Source of the DNA: Candidatus Eiseniibacteriota bacterium
GTDB lineage: Bacteria; Orphanbacterota; Orphanbacteria; Orphanbacterales; Orphanbacteraceae
Assembly (NCBI GenBank): GCA_043809585.1
Contig: JBDROZ010000073.1
Span: forward strand, 1-42,342
Reading direction: 5' to 3'
DNA: 42,342 nt
The translations under genes and the position numbers were made by a program. The notes below the pieces were generated by a model. That model saw only the letters and a program-made list of their open reading frames with translations, was not told the origin of the DNA and did not search any database. Shown here in pieces: positions 28,324 through 38,868 of the stretch; position 1 is the first letter of the stretch; every line of letters begins with the position of its first letter.

Positions 28324-29370
28324 ATGGTAGGTATCATCGGCTACGGGGCTTACATTCCCCGGCATCGCATCAAGGTCGAGGAGATCGCCAAGACCTGGGG
28401 TGCTGATGCGCCGAGCTACAAGAAAGGGCTGATGCTGAGCGAGAAGTCGGTCCCGGCGCCCGACGTGGATACGATCACCATGTCGGTGGAGGCGTCGCGG
28501 CACGCCGTGAAGAGGGCCGGCATCGACCCGAAGAAGATCGGAGCGATCTACATCGGGTCCGAGTCCCACCCCTACGCGGTGAAGCCGAGCGGCACGGTGC
28601 TCGCCGAAGCGCTCGGCGCGACGCCCGAGTGCCACACCGCCGACTTCGAGTTCGCCTGCAAGGCCGGCTCCGAGGGCATGTTCGTCGCCATCGGTCTGGT
28701 GCAGGCGGGTCTCATCGAGTACGGCCTCGGGGTCGGCGCGGACACATCCCAGGGCGCGCCCGGCGACGCTCTCGAGTACTCCGCCTCCGCCGGAGCGGCC
28801 GCGTTCCTCTTCGGGAAGGAGAAGATACTCGCCGAGGTGGAGACGACCTACGCGTACATGACCGACACGCCCGACTTCTGGCGCCGGGAGCACCAGTTCT
28901 ACCCGCAGCACGCCGGACGATTCACCGGCGAGCCGGCGTACTTCAAGCACACGATCGGAGCCGCCGAGGGCATCTTGAAGAATGCGGGCGCCGGGCCCGG
29001 CGACTTCGCTTACGCCATCTTCCACCAGCCGAACGGGAAGTTCCCCCAGCGGGTCGGAAAGATGCTCGGCTTCACGAAGGAGCAGCTCGAACCAGGTTGG
29101 CTTTCGCCCTGGCTCGGGAACACTTATTCGGGGGCTTCGCCCATCGGACTCACCGCGACGCTGGACGTCGCCAAGCCGGGGGACCGCATTCTGATGGTCT
29201 CCTACGGCTCCGGCGCCGGCAGCGACGCTTTCATCTTCCGCGCCACCGATCTTCTGCCGGCGGTGCAGAAAGCGGCGCCCCAGACCCGCAAACAGCTGGA
29301 CGAGAACAAGACGTACCTCGACTACGGGACTTACGCGAAGTTCCGTGGCAAGATCCGGAAGTCCGGTTAG
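28324..29370 (+). CDS. Hydroxymethylglutaryl-CoA synthase, archaeal type
   Basis: [36 protein letters not shown] and GNTYSG motifs. Confidence 0.93.
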   Translation: MVGIIGYGAYIPRHRIKVEEIAKTWGADAPSYKKGLMLSEKSVPAPDVDTITMSVEASRHAVKRAGIDPKKIGAIYIGSESHPYAVKPSGTVLAEALGATPECHTADFEFACKAGSEGMFVAIGLVQAGLIEYGLGVGADTSQGAPGDALEYSASAGAAAFLFGKEKILAEVETTYAYMTDTPDFWRREHQFYPQHAGRFTGEPAYFKHTIGAAEGILKNAGAGPGDFAYAIFHQPNGKFPQRVGKMLGFTKEQLEPGWLSPWLGNTYSGASPIGLTATLDVAKPGDRILMVSYGSGAGSDAFIFRATDLLPAVQKAAPQTRKQLDENKTYLDYGTYAKFRGKIRKSG

Positions 29371-29380
29371 GAGGATCCCG

Positions 29381-30538
29381 ATGAGAGATGTAGCGGTCAT
29401 CGGTGTCGGCATGACCAAGTGGGGCGAGTTGTGGGAGAAGGCCCTCCGCGACGTGTACGTGGAGACCGCCCTCCTCGCCATGGACGACGCCGGTGTGGAT
29501 CATATCGATTCGATGTACGTGGGGTGCATGTCGAGCGGCCTCTTCGTGGGCCAGGAACACATTGCGTCCCAACTCTCCGATTACCTCGGGCAGAACCCGG
29601 TGCCGGCGGTGCGCGTGGAGAGCGCCTGCGCCTCCGGCGGGCTCGCGTTCCGGCAGGGCTTCATCGAAGTGGCCTCCGGGATGAGCGACATCGTCCTCGT
29701 TTCGGGAATCGAGAAGATGACCGACGTGGACGGCGGCGCGGCGACCTATGCCCTCGGCACCGCGGCGGACCAGGAGTACGAGGTCTACAACGGCATCACG
29801 TTCCCGGGCCTCTACGCGATGATGGCCCGGGCGTACATGAAGCAGTTCGGCATGACCCGGGAGGAACTCGCCTGGGTGGCGGTGAAGAACCACGAGAACG
29901 GTTCGAAGAACCCCCACGCCCAGTTCCCGATGAAGGTCACCGCCGAGCAGGTGATGAATTCCGTGGCGGTGGCGGACCCTCTCCGCATCCTCGACTGCTC
30001 GCCGATCACCGACGGCGCCGCGGCGGTCATTCTCTGTCCGCTGGAGAGGGCGAAGGAGTTCACGAAGAAGAAGCCGGTGAAGGTGGCCGGTTCGGGCCAC
30101 GCCACGGCGAGCATCGCGTACCACTCCCGGAGCGATCTCACCTGGCTCGAGGCCGTGGAGATTGCCGGCAAGCGCGCCTATGAAATGGCGGGCGCCGGGC
30201 CGAAGGACATCGACGCGGCGGAGGTCCACGACTGCTTCACCATCGCCGAGGTGATGGTGATCGAGGCGCTCGGTTTCGTCGATCGGGGCAAGGGGGGCGG
30301 CGCCGCCAAGTCGGGGCTCACCGCTCTCGGCGGCAAAATCCCCGTCAACACCAGCGGCGGCCTGAAATCGAAGGGACACCCGGTCGGCGCCACCGGCGTC
30401 GCCCAGATCGTGGAGCTCACCGAGCAGCTCCGCGGCGAGAGCGGCGACCGGCAGGTGAAGAGCGCGAAGCGCGTTCTCGCCCAGAACATGGGCGGATCGG
30501 GCGGATCGTCCCTCGTGCATATCTTGGAGGTGGCGTAG
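29381..30538 (+). CDS. Acetoacetyl-CoA thiolase, archaeal/SCP2-like type
   Basis: [27 protein letters not shown] and KGHPVGATG motifs. Confidence 0.93.
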   Translation: MRDVAVIGVGMTKWGELWEKALRDVYVETALLAMDDAGVDHIDSMYVGCMSSGLFVGQEHIASQLSDYLGQNPVPAVRVESACASGGLAFRQGFIEVASGMSDIVLVSGIEKMTDVDGGAATYALGTAADQEYEVYNGITFPGLYAMMARAYMKQFGMTREELAWVAVKNHENGSKNPHAQFPMKVTAEQVMNSVAVADPLRILDCSPITDGAAAVILCPLERAKEFTKKKPVKVAGSGHATASIAYHSRSDLTWLEAVEIAGKRAYEMAGAGPKDIDAAEVHDCFTIAEVMVIEALGFVDRGKGGGAAKSGLTALGGKIPVNTSGGLKSKGHPVGATGVAQIVELTEQLRGESGDRQVKSAKRVLAQNMGGSGGSSLVHILEVA

Positions 30539-30539
30539 C

Positions 30540-30926
30540 ATGTCGGCAAGGTATTGGAGAGAGATTCCGCAGCGGTACCGCATGGAGGCGGCCAGGTGCT
30601 CGGGATGCGGCTACGTGGCGTTTCCGCCCCGGCTCCTCTGCCCGAAGTGCAAAGGCCGGAAATTCGAGCCCACCGCGCTCGCCCCCGAGGGAAAGATCCT
30701 CACCTACACGGTGATCCACGTCCCGGCGGCCCAGTTCTCCGACGAGGCGCCCTTCGCCATCGGCGTGGTGGAGCTGGACGGCGGCGTCCGGATCACCGCC
30801 CAGATCGTCGATTGCGACACCGCATCGCTCGGCATCGGGCAAAGAGTGCGGACCGAATTCCGCAAGATCCAGGAACAGGGCGACGCGGGCATTCTCTGCT
30901 ACGGATACAAGTGCGTCCCCGCCTAG
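30540..30926 (+). CDS. DUF35 Zn-ribbon/OB-fold scaffold protein
   Basis: CxxCG...PP...CxxC zinc ribbon plus OB fold; follows thiolase. Confidence 0.92.
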   Translation: MSARYWREIPQRYRMEAARCSGCGYVAFPPRLLCPKCKGRKFEPTALAPEGKILTYTVIHVPAAQFSDEAPFAIGVVELDGGVRITAQIVDCDTASLGIGQRVRTEFRKIQEQGDAGILCYGYKCVPA

Positions 30927-31054
30927 AACGGCGGCCCGGTTCGACGGAACCTGCGTCGTCGCGGCACTGAAACCGGGGTCCGCGCGTCCCGCGAAGGACG
31001 CGCGGGCCCGCTTCGAACTCCGAAACGTCATCCCCGGAAAAGGTGGTCCTCCCC

Positions 31055-32665
31055 GTGTACCGAATCGAAAGCAAGGCGGCAACGAGCGGCGACGAGTACC
31101 GGAAGAACCGGGAGGCCATGACCGGCCTCGTGGACCAACTGAAAGAGCGGCTCTCCGAGGTCCGCAAGGGCGGTCCCCCCCACGCGATCGAAAAGCACGA
31201 GAAGAGGGGGAAACTGACCGCGCGCAAGAGGCTCGAACTCCTCTTCGACAGGAACACGCCCTTTCTCGAACTGAACGCGCTCGCCGCGTGGGACATGTAC
31301 GACAACTCGGCCCCCTCGGCCGGAATGGTGACCGGTGTGGGCGTCGTTCACGGCCGGGAGGTGCTCGTCGTCGCGAACGACGCGACCGTCAAGGGGGGCA
31401 CTTACTTCCCCATGACGATCAAGAAGCACCTCCGCGCCCAGGAGGTGGCCCTCCAGAACCGCCTCCCCTGCGTCTACCTCGTCGACTCGGGGGGCATCTT
31501 CCTCCCCGAGCAGGCGGGCACGTTCCCCGACAGGGAGCACTTCGGCCGCATCTTCTATAACCAGGCGCGGCTCTCCGCCGAGGGGATCGCCCAGATCGCC
31601 GTGGTCCAAGGCTTCTGCACCGCCGGCGGCGCCTATGTGCCGGCCATGAGCGACGAGACGATCCAGGTGCGGAAGCAAGGCACCATCTACATCGGCGGAC
31701 CGCCCCTCGTCAAAGCCGCGACCGGCGAGGTGGTGAGCGCCGAGGAACTCGGCGGCGCCGACGTGCACTGCCGCATTTCGGGCGTCTCCGATCACTACGG
31801 CCTCGACGACGAGCACGCCATTTCGGTGGCGCGGAACATCGTCGAGAACCTCGACCGCCCCACCCCCTTCCGTCTCGACCGGCACGAGCAGGAGGACCCC
31901 CATTACGACCCGGCGGAGCTTTACGGAATCATCCCCCGGGATATCCGGCAACCCTACGACGTCCGGGAAGTGATCGCCCGCATCGTCGACGGGAGCCGGT
32001 TCCACGCGTTCAAAGAGCTCTACGGCACGACTCTCGTCACCGGTTTCGCCCGAATCATGGGCTACCCGGTCGGCATCGTGGCGAACAGCGGCGTCCTCTT
32101 CTCCGAGTCGGCGTTGAAGGGCGCCCACTTCATCGAGCTCTGCACCATTCGCAAGGTTCCTCTCGTCTTCATCCAGAACATCACGGGGTTCATCGTCGGC
32201 AAGCAGTACGAGCACGGCGGCATCGCGCGGGACGGCGCGAAGATGGTCCACGCCGTGGCGAACGCCGACGTGCCGAAGTTCACCGTCGTGGTGGGCGGGT
32301 CCCACGGCGCCGGCAACTACGCCATGTGCGGCCGCGCCTACAACCCCCGGCTCCTCTGGATGTGGCCGAACGCGCGCGTCTCCGTCATGGGGGGCGAGCA
32401 GGCGGCGAATGTCCTCCTGCAGGTGAAGATGGAGCAGATGGAGGCGAAGGGCCAGCCGCCCATGCCCCCGGAGGAACAGGAGAAGTTCAAGGCGCCGACG
32501 CTCGAGAAGTACGAGCGTGAAGGGAGCCCGTACTTCAGCACGGCGAGGCTCTGGGACGACGGCATCATCGATCCTGTCGACACCCGGGGCGCCCTCGCCC
32601 TCGGGATCGCCATGTCCCTGAACGCGCCGATCCCGGACCAGAAGTTCGGCGTCTTCCGGATGTAA
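31055..32665 (+). CDS. Methylcrotonyl-CoA carboxylase beta (carboxyltransferase) subunit, LiuB-like
   Basis: [39 protein letters not shown] and FGVFRM; alternative start 31043. Confidence 0.92.
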   Translation: MYRIESKAATSGDEYRKNREAMTGLVDQLKERLSEVRKGGPPHAIEKHEKRGKLTARKRLELLFDRNTPFLELNALAAWDMYDNSAPSAGMVTGVGVVHGREVLVVANDATVKGGTYFPMTIKKHLRAQEVALQNRLPCVYLVDSGGIFLPEQAGTFPDREHFGRIFYNQARLSAEGIAQIAVVQGFCTAGGAYVPAMSDETIQVRKQGTIYIGGPPLVKAATGEVVSAEELGGADVHCRISGVSDHYGLDDEHAISVARNIVENLDRPTPFRLDRHEQEDPHYDPAELYGIIPRDIRQPYDVREVIARIVDGSRFHAFKELYGTTLVTGFARIMGYPVGIVANSGVLFSESALKGAHFIELCTIRKVPLVFIQNITGFIVGKQYEHGGIARDGAKMVHAVANADVPKFTVVVGGSHGAGNYAMCGRAYNPRLLWMWPNARVSVMGGEQAANVLLQVKMEQMEAKGQPPMPPEEQEKFKAPTLEKYEREGSPYFSTARLWDDGIIDPVDTRGALALGIAMSLNAPIPDQKFGVFRM

Positions 32666-32676
32666 GGAGGAAGGGC

Positions 32677-33468
32677 GTGACCACGCAGGAGACCATCCGG
32701 GTCGAACGCTCCGGGCCGGTCGCGACGGTCGTTCTGAACCGGCCGGAGATCCACAACGCCTTCAACGACGTCATGCTCTCCGAGTTGACCGCGGCCTTCG
32801 GCGGGCTGGGCTCGGACGACGGCGTCCGGGTCGTGGTGATCACGGGCGAGGGCAAGTCGTTCTGCGCCGGGGCGGACCTCGAGTGGATGAAACGCATGGC
32901 GGAGTTCACCTACGAACAGAATGTCGAGGACTCGCGCCGTCTCGCCGAGTGCATGCACCGCCTCGACAGGCTCCCGAAAGCTACGGTCGCGAAGGTGAAC
33001 GGCGCCGTCGTCGGAGGGGGCATGGGGCTCCTCGCGGCGTGCGACATCGCCGTCGCGTCGGAGCGGGCCAAGTTCGGACTCTCGGAGGTGAAGCTCGGGC
33101 TCGCGCCGGCGGTCATCTCCCCCTTCGTCATCCGGAAACTAGGGCCGTCGAAGGCGCGGGAGCTTTTCCTGACGGGCGAGCGGCTGGACGCCCGAGGGGC
33201 CCTCGCGGCCGGACTCGTGAGCCGGACCGCTCCCCCCGAGGGACTGGACGCCGCGGTGGACGAGGTGGTCGCGTGCCTCCTCTCGAGCGGACCCGAGGCG
33301 ATCCGCGCCTGCAAGGAACTCGTCGCCCGGGTGCCCGGCATGGACACGGAAGAAGTGATGGAATACACGGCGGACCTCATCGCGCGGCTCCGGGCGGGCG
33401 GAGAGGGCCGGGAGGGCATGGGCGCGTTTCTCGAGAAGCGAGCCCCCTCATGGCGGAGCGGCGCCTAG
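32677..33468 (+). CDS. Enoyl-CoA hydratase, methylglutaconyl-CoA hydratase (LiuC)-like
   Basis: LNRPEIHNAF, FCAGADLEWM and LSEVKLGLAPAVISPFV motifs. Confidence 0.88.
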   Translation: MTTQETIRVERSGPVATVVLNRPEIHNAFNDVMLSELTAAFGGLGSDDGVRVVVITGEGKSFCAGADLEWMKRMAEFTYEQNVEDSRRLAECMHRLDRLPKATVAKVNGAVVGGGMGLLAACDIAVASERAKFGLSEVKLGLAPAVISPFVIRKLGPSKARELFLTGERLDARGALAAGLVSRTAPPEGLDAAVDEVVACLLSSGPEAIRACKELVARVPGMDTEEVMEYTADLIARLRAGGEGREGMGAFLEKRAPSWRSGA

Positions 33469-33494
33469 CCGACCGCCTTCCCAGGGAGAACGAG

Positions 33495-34997
33495 ATGATC
33501 CGCAAGATACTCGTGGCGAACCGGGGCGAAATCGCGGTGAGGGTCCTCCGCGCCGCCCGGGAACTCGGGATCGGCACCGTGGCGGTCTATTCCGAGGCGG
33601 ACCGGAACGCCCTGCACGCGCAAATCGCCGACGAGGCGATCGAGATCGGCCCGCCGGAGGCGGGGAAGAGCTACCTCGACTTCGATCGCCTCTTCGACGC
33701 CGCCGAGAGGAGCGGCGCCGACGCGATCCACCCGGGCTACGGCTTTCTGGCGGAGAACCACGAGTTCGCCGCCGCATGCGAAGCGAAGGGGCTGGTCTTC
33801 ATCGGATCCACCCCCGAGTCGATCCGCCTCCTCGGGTCGAAGACGGAATCGCGGGTAACCATGCTGGGCGCCGGCGTGCCCGTCATTCCCGGCATGAATG
33901 CGGGGGGCGAGTCGTTGGACGAGTTCGTCGCCGCCGCCGCCGAAGTCGGGTTCCCGGTGCTCATCAAGGCGGCCGGCGGGGGGGGCGGCAAGGGCATGCG
34001 GGTGGTCCGGGAGAGGACCGGGCTCGAAGAGGCGGTGAACGCGGCGAGGCGCGAGGCGGCCTCCGCCTTCGGCAACCCGACAGTCTACCTCGAAAAGCTG
34101 ATCGAGAAGCCCCGGCATGTGGAGTTCCAGATCCTCGGCGACAAGCACGGAAACGCCATCCATCTCTTCGAACGGGAGTGCTCGATCCAGCGGCGGCACC
34201 AGAAGATCGTCGAGGAGAGTCCGTCGGTAGCGGTCGACGAGGACCTCCGGCGCCGGATGGGCGAGACGGCGGTGAAGGTGGCGCTCGCGACGAACTACAC
34301 GAACGCGGGGACCGTCGAGTTCCTTCTCGCGCCGGACGGGAGCTTCTTCTTTCTCGAGGTGAACACCCGCATTCAGGTGGAACATCCGGTGACGGAGATG
34401 ATCACGGGGATCGACCTGGTGAAGGCCCAGATCCGGATCGCCGCGGGCGAGCGGATTCCGTGGAAGCAGGAGGAGCTGATCCGGCGGGGGCACGCCATCG
34501 AGTGCCGGGTTTACGCCGAAGATCCCGAGAACCGCTTCCTGCCGTCGGCGGGGACCATCCTCTTCTCCCGGGAACCGTCGGGTCCCGGCGTCCGCGTCGA
34601 CTCGGGCATCCAGTCGGGCTACACCGTGCCGATCCACTACGATCCGATTCTCTCGAAGGTCATCGTCCACGCCGAGACCAGGGACGAGGCGATCGAGCGG
34701 ATGAAGGGCGCCCTCGCCGATTACCCGATCCTCGGCATCAAGACCATGGTCCCCTTCCTCCTCGCGGTGCTCGATCATCCCGAGTTCCGGGCGGGGAACA
34801 CGTACACCGATTTCATCGAACGGCACCTCGGCGATTGGTCTCTCGGCGATCCTCCCCCGGAGGATCTCGAGGCGGCCCTCGTGGCGGCGGCCCTCGAGAC
34901 GGGGCGGCCGCGGGGGCGGGGAGCGGAGGGCGAAGGCCGCTCCCTGCCCACCCCATGGGACACTCTCGGGCGATGGGAGATCGCCCGCTCCGGATAG
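33495..34997 (+). CDS. Biotin carboxylase subunit
   Basis: ANRGEIA, HPGYGFLAEN, GGGGKGMR, CSIQRRHQK and EVNTRIQVEH motifs. Confidence 0.95.
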   Translation: MIRKILVANRGEIAVRVLRAARELGIGTVAVYSEADRNALHAQIADEAIEIGPPEAGKSYLDFDRLFDAAERSGADAIHPGYGFLAENHEFAAACEAKGLVFIGSTPESIRLLGSKTESRVTMLGAGVPVIPGMNAGGESLDEFVAAAAEVGFPVLIKAAGGGGGKGMRVVRERTGLEEAVNAARREAASAFGNPTVYLEKLIEKPRHVEFQILGDKHGNAIHLFERECSIQRRHQKIVEESPSVAVDEDLRRRMGETAVKVALATNYTNAGTVEFLLAPDGSFFFLEVNTRIQVEHPVTEMITGIDLVKAQIRIAAGERIPWKQEELIRRGHAIECRVYAEDPENRFLPSAGTILFSREPSGPGVRVDSGIQSGYTVPIHYDPILSKVIVHAETRDEAIERMKGALADYPILGIKTMVPFLLAVLDHPEFRAGNTYTDFIERHLGDWSLGDPPPEDLEAALVAAALETGRPRGRGAEGEGRSLPTPWDTLGRWEIARSG

Positions 34998-35006
34998 GCG
35001 GGATTC

Positions 35007-35510
35007 ATGGACAGGGAACTGATTTTCGAAGCGGCCACCTACCGGGTGGTGCTCGAGAAGAGTGAGGGGCCGACCGCGGGGCGCATCGACGAACGGGAGA
35101 TCGCCGCGGTGATCACGCGCCCGGCGCCCCACGGGGTGACGGTCGAGATCGGAGGGCGGCGGCACCGGGCTTGGGTCGCCCGGACGGACGAGAAGGTTTT
35201 CGTCCATCTCGGAGGGCGGGTGTACGAGTTCGAGGAGGCGGGCGCCCGGGACGCGGTCTCGGCGGGGGCCGCCGGGCTCGGAGGCGACTCGGTCTCTTCC
35301 CTCATGCCGGGGAAGGTGGTGAAGATCCTGGTCGCCGTCGGGGACGAGGTGAAGGAGGGTCAGTCCCTCGTCATCGTGGAAGCGATGAAGATGGAGACGC
35401 CTCTCGCCGCGCCGGCGGCAGGGACGGTGAAGAAGGTCAACTTCGCGGAGGGGGACCTCGTCGACGCCGGGAAGCCGATCGTGCAGTTGGATGTGGGCGA
35501 GGAGGAGTAG
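35007..35510 (+). CDS. Biotin carboxyl carrier protein with N-terminal BT-like domain
   Basis: MPGKVV and EAMKME biotinylation motif. Confidence 0.92.
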   Translation: MDRELIFEAATYRVVLEKSEGPTAGRIDEREIAAVITRPAPHGVTVEIGGRRHRAWVARTDEKVFVHLGGRVYEFEEAGARDAVSAGAAGLGGDSVSSLMPGKVVKILVAVGDEVKEGQSLVIVEAMKMETPLAAPAAGTVKKVNFAEGDLVDAGKPIVQLDVGEEE

Positions 35511-35579
35511 GGGGGCGCACGCACGGACGGACTTCCTACCATGCGGGCTCCTCATCAGTCCAACCGCGCTTATGGCCTT

Positions 35580-35743
35580 GGAATGAGCGGGGGACTGGTT
35601 CCGCCCGAGCCTCCGGCTCGGAAGACATCAGTCTTCCCTCAGCGGTACCTGTCCCACGAATGAGATTCCCCAATTCCGCCATCCTCGATCACCATTCCAG
35701 AGTGCAGAGGAGGAATCGGAGGAAGATAGCACTTCGGAGCGAT
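35580..35743. repeat. Dispersed intergenic repeat, copy B
   Basis: Matches the two conserved blocks of 18133-18293. Confidence 0.75.
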
Positions 35744-35759
35744 CCCCCCAAAACACAAA

Positions 35760-35783
35760 CGCGCTGGGGGATCCCCCAGCGCG
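35760..35783 (-). terminator. Terminator of the histone-like gene
   Basis: Perfect palindrome CGCGCTGGGGGATCCCCCAGCGCG followed by TTTGTGTTTT on the minus strand. Confidence 0.65.
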
Positions 35784-35815
35784 CTTCTCACAAACCGTGT
35801 TCGAAACCCCGCCCC

Positions 35816-36019
35816 CTACAGGTCGGACGGCTTCAGGGTCTTCCGCTTGTTGGCGATGGCGCGCTTCTCCGCCTCGCCGATCATGTCGCGGACCTTCCGG
35901 TCGAGGGCGCCGTAAAAGTCGCTCGAGACGTTGCACTTCTTCGCGCTGGCCTTGGTCCGGGTCTTGGAAATGATCAGTTCGGCGCCGGCGGCCTTCTTCA
36001 CCTTCTTCTTCGTGGCCAT
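35816..36019 (-). CDS. Bacterial histone-fold protein (Bd0055/DUF1931-like) with Lys-rich N-terminal tail
   Basis: LIISK..K.....NVSSDF..AL..KV..MI.EA..RA.ANKRKTLKPSDL fits the histone-fold singlet pattern; GGAGGA RBS and own terminator. Confidence 0.85.
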   Translation of the reverse strand: MATKKKVKKAAGAELIISKTRTKASAKKCNVSSDFYGALDRKVRDMIGEAEKRAIANKRKTLKPSDL

Positions 36020-36155
36020 TCTTCTTTCCTCCTGAGGGAAGGGACATTAGGGGGCCTACCCTGTACCGCCCGTGACTATACGCCCGATCGAAAGGGTGTC
36101 AACGGAAAAAACGCGGGGAGACGGCCTCTCCCGCCCGATTTCGGGGGGTTGGGGA

Positions 36156-38120
36156 TCAGGCCCCGTCCGGGCGGCCCGGGGGACGGCTTCGGAGAAGGGC
36201 GAGAGCGGACGCTCCGAGGGCGAGGGCCACGCCAACCGTGAGCGGGCCCGTCTCCTGGAGGCGCTCCCACCATCCCTCCCCCCGGGCGCCGAGGAGGGTG
36301 AGGGCGTTGTAGGCCCCGTGGAGGAGCATGGCCGGGAAGAGTGACCGGGAGCGGATCACCACCGCCCCCGCCGCGACGCCGAGGAGGGCGGTCGGCAGGA
36401 GGCGATAGATGCTGAGGTGGAAGAGGCCGAAGAGGAAACCCCCGAGGAGCACGGCCCGAAGCGGTGAAAGGACGCGGCGGTGTTGCCCGAGGATCAGCCC
36501 TCGGAAAAAGACTTCCTCGCATATGCCGGGAGAGAGGGCGACCGCGAAGAGAAGCAACCCGACTCCCGCCTCCCCCCCGCCCCCGAGCCGCTCGAACCCC
36601 TCCAGGAACTCCTCGGGGACCGGGAGAAACCGCCCTTGGACCCGGAAGAGGAGCTGGGCCGCCACGAGGGCGAGCGGGGCGAGGAGCAGGCCGGCGAGGG
36701 CGTGGCGCGCCGACGGCGCCCGCAGGGAGAGATGGCGCCGAAAATCGAGACCGTACGCCCGGGCGAAGACGAGGGTCGGCACGAGGAGGAACCCCCACAG
36801 GGTCAGCAGGAGGCCGGGGATCAGGCTCCTCGACTGGACGAGGGAACCGGCGTAGTAAAGCAGGAGAACCTCGAAGAGGTAGAATGCCATCACCTCCCGA
36901 ACCCGCACGGGGTCCGCGCCGGCGCTCATCCGCTCGGGCGGGCGCCGCCCGCCTCCGATCACGGCCGCTTCGCTCGCCAGGTACGCCGTCGCCCGCCGGA
37001 GAACCAGGGCGGCGTAGAGGGCGTTGGAGAGAACCACGACTCCGAGGAAGAGCCACGGGTAGTTGCCGACGAGCGCCTCCCGGACCGCCACGGCCACGTT
37101 CGCGATCGGAACGACGGAAACCACCGATTCGAGTTCCACGCCGGGCGCGATGGAGAAGGCGGCGGGAACCACGGCGATGAGAAGGGCGGGGAGCAGGAGG
37201 GTCTGGGCCTCCCGGTACGACCGGGCGTGGCTCGAGACGAGCACGAGAACGGCGGAGAGGAAGAGGGCGAGGGGAAAGGTGACGACGAGCACGACCAACG
37301 CCGTCGGGAGGGAGACTCGAAGTGACTCCCCCGTCCCCGGGCCCCCGATCCATCCGACCTTGCTGAAGAGGGCGCTCGACAGGAGAAAGAGGAAGGTGGC
37401 CGTGACCGCCGCCAGGACGACGGCCGCGAACTTGCCGGCCACCACCGCCCCCCGGTCCGCGAGGGAGGTGAGCAGGGTCTCGATGGTCTTCCGCTCCCGC
37501 TCCCCCGCGAAGAGATCCACCGCGGCGAATGAGGCGCCGTTCAGGAGAAGAAAGACGATGAGGAACGGGACCATCCTCCCGAGTTTTCCCCCGGCCATCC
37601 GTTCCTCGCTCGCGACGTTCCGGATCTCCACAGGAAGGACATCCCGGAGATGGGCCGCGCCGAGCGCCTCGAGGCGCTGGTCCCTCACCGTCTCCCGATA
37701 GGCCTCGAGCGCTTCGACCACCCGGTCCTTGGCGGTCCGCGAGAGTTCACGGGAAGCGGTGAAGAGAACCGTCACTTCCGGCGTTTCTGGAGCGCCGGCC
37801 TCCAGGGCTTCCGGAAGAAGCAGCGCCACGTCCGTCTTCCCCTCCTCCACGGCACGCCGGGGATCAATGGCGGAGACGATTCTCACGCCGGCCGCCCCGG
37901 CGATCGCCTCCCTCATCGGCGCGTTTCCGCCGACGAGAACGGCGGAGATCGACTCCCGATCGAGCTTCTCTTCGCCGTAGTCGGAGAGGCGGGCGGATCC
38001 GAAGATCAACACCGGGTGGATCACGATCGGGAAGACGAACATGGCGATGATCGAACGTCGGTCCCGGAGGAGATCGACCATCTCCTTCCGAAGAACGACG
38101 AGGGTATCGCGGAGGTTCAC
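36156..38120 (-). CDS. NatB-type ABC permease fused to a CPBP (Abi/CAAX-like) intramembrane protease
   Basis: KEMVDLLRDRR, AGERERKTIETLL, ARSYREAQ; C-terminal EEVFFRG, FGLFH and HGAYN motifs. Confidence 0.88.
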   Translation of the reverse strand: MNLRDTLVVLRKEMVDLLRDRRSIIAMFVFPIVIHPVLIFGSARLSDYGEEKLDRESISAVLVGGNAPMREAIAGAAGVRIVSAIDPRRAVEEGKTDVALLLPEALEAGAPETPEVTVLFTASRELSRTAKDRVVEALEAYRETVRDQRLEALGAAHLRDVLPVEIRNVASEERMAGGKLGRMVPFLIVFLLLNGASFAAVDLFAGERERKTIETLLTSLADRGAVVAGKFAAVVLAAVTATFLFLLSSALFSKVGWIGGPGTGESLRVSLPTALVVLVVTFPLALFLSAVLVLVSSHARSYREAQTLLLPALLIAVVPAAFSIAPGVELESVVSVVPIANVAVAVREALVGNYPWLFLGVVVLSNALYAALVLRRATAYLASEAAVIGGGRRPPERMSAGADPVRVREVMAFYLFEVLLLYYAGSLVQSRSLIPGLLLTLWGFLLVPTLVFARAYGLDFRRHLSLRAPSARHALAGLLLAPLALVAAQLLFRVQGRFLPVPEEFLEGFERLGGGGEAGVGLLLFAVALSPGICEEVFFRGLILGQHRRVLSPLRAVLLGGFLFGLFHLSIYRLLPTALLGVAAGAVVIRSRSLFPAMLLHGAYNALTLLGARGEGWWERLQETGPLTVGVALALGASALALLRSRPPGRPDGA

Positions 38121-38866
38121 GGCCGCTCCCCGCGGACGAGGGAGAGGAAGATCTTCTCGAGGAACCGCTCGCCCGTCCGGTGGCGGAGATCTTCGAGGGA
38201 GCCCGTGTCGAGGATCTTCCCCCGGTGGATGATCGCGAGACGGTCGCAGAGCCGCTCCGCTTCGCTCATGACGTGGGTCGAGAAGACCACGCATTTGCCG
38301 TGGGTCCGGCAATCCTCGATGTACGTCAGAAGGGCGTCGGCGACGAGAATGTCGAGGCCCGCCGTCGGCTCGTCGAAGATGAGGATCGGCGGGTCGTGGA
38401 CCACCGCGCGGGCGATGGAAACCTTTTGCTTCATCCCCGTGGAGAGTTTCTCGCAACGGACGCCGGCGAACTCGTGCATCTCGAAAAGAGCGATGAGGGC
38501 GTCCACCCGGGCCGGGAGCTTCTCCTCGGGGTAGTGGTTCAGGCGGCCGAAGTAGAGGAGGATCTCCCGGGGCGTCAGCCGCCCGTAGAGTCCCGTCTCG
38601 CCGGAGAGGTAGCCGATCGAACCGCGCACCGCCCGGGCCTCGAGGTTCACGTCGTAGCCGTTCAGGAGGGCCGTCCCGGACGTGGGCGAGAGAATCGTGG
38701 CGAGCATGCGAAGCGTCGTCGTTTTCCCCGCGCCGTTCGGGCCGAGGATCCCGAAGATCTCCCCCTCCACGCACTCGAAGGAAACCGAGTCGACGGCGAC
38801 CACGTCACCCCGCCTCGGGTCGTTGTAGATCTTGGTCAGCCGGTCGGCGGCGATCATCTGCGCCAT
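38117..38866 (-). CDS. NatA-type ABC transporter ATP-binding protein
   Basis: GPNGAGKTT, LSTGMKQKV, IFDEPT and STH motifs. Confidence 0.93.
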   Translation of the reverse strand: MAQMIAADRLTKIYNDPRRGDVVAVDSVSFECVEGEIFGILGPNGAGKTTTLRMLATILSPTSGTALLNGYDVNLEARAVRGSIGYLSGETGLYGRLTPREILLYFGRLNHYPEEKLPARVDALIALFEMHEFAGVRCEKLSTGMKQKVSIARAVVHDPPILIFDEPTAGLDILVADALLTYIEDCRTHGKCVVFSTHVMSEAERLCDRLAIIHRGKILDTGSLEDLRHRTGERFLEKIFLSLVRGERP

Positions 38867-38868
38867 GG

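Noticed and set aside
32883-33494. Apparent N-terminal extensions or fusions in the ORF track (biotin carboxylase, NatA, NatB-CPBP, CsrA, YcgR-like)
   Set aside because: They are read-through of stop-poor alternative frames; internal starts with RBS explain the real genes
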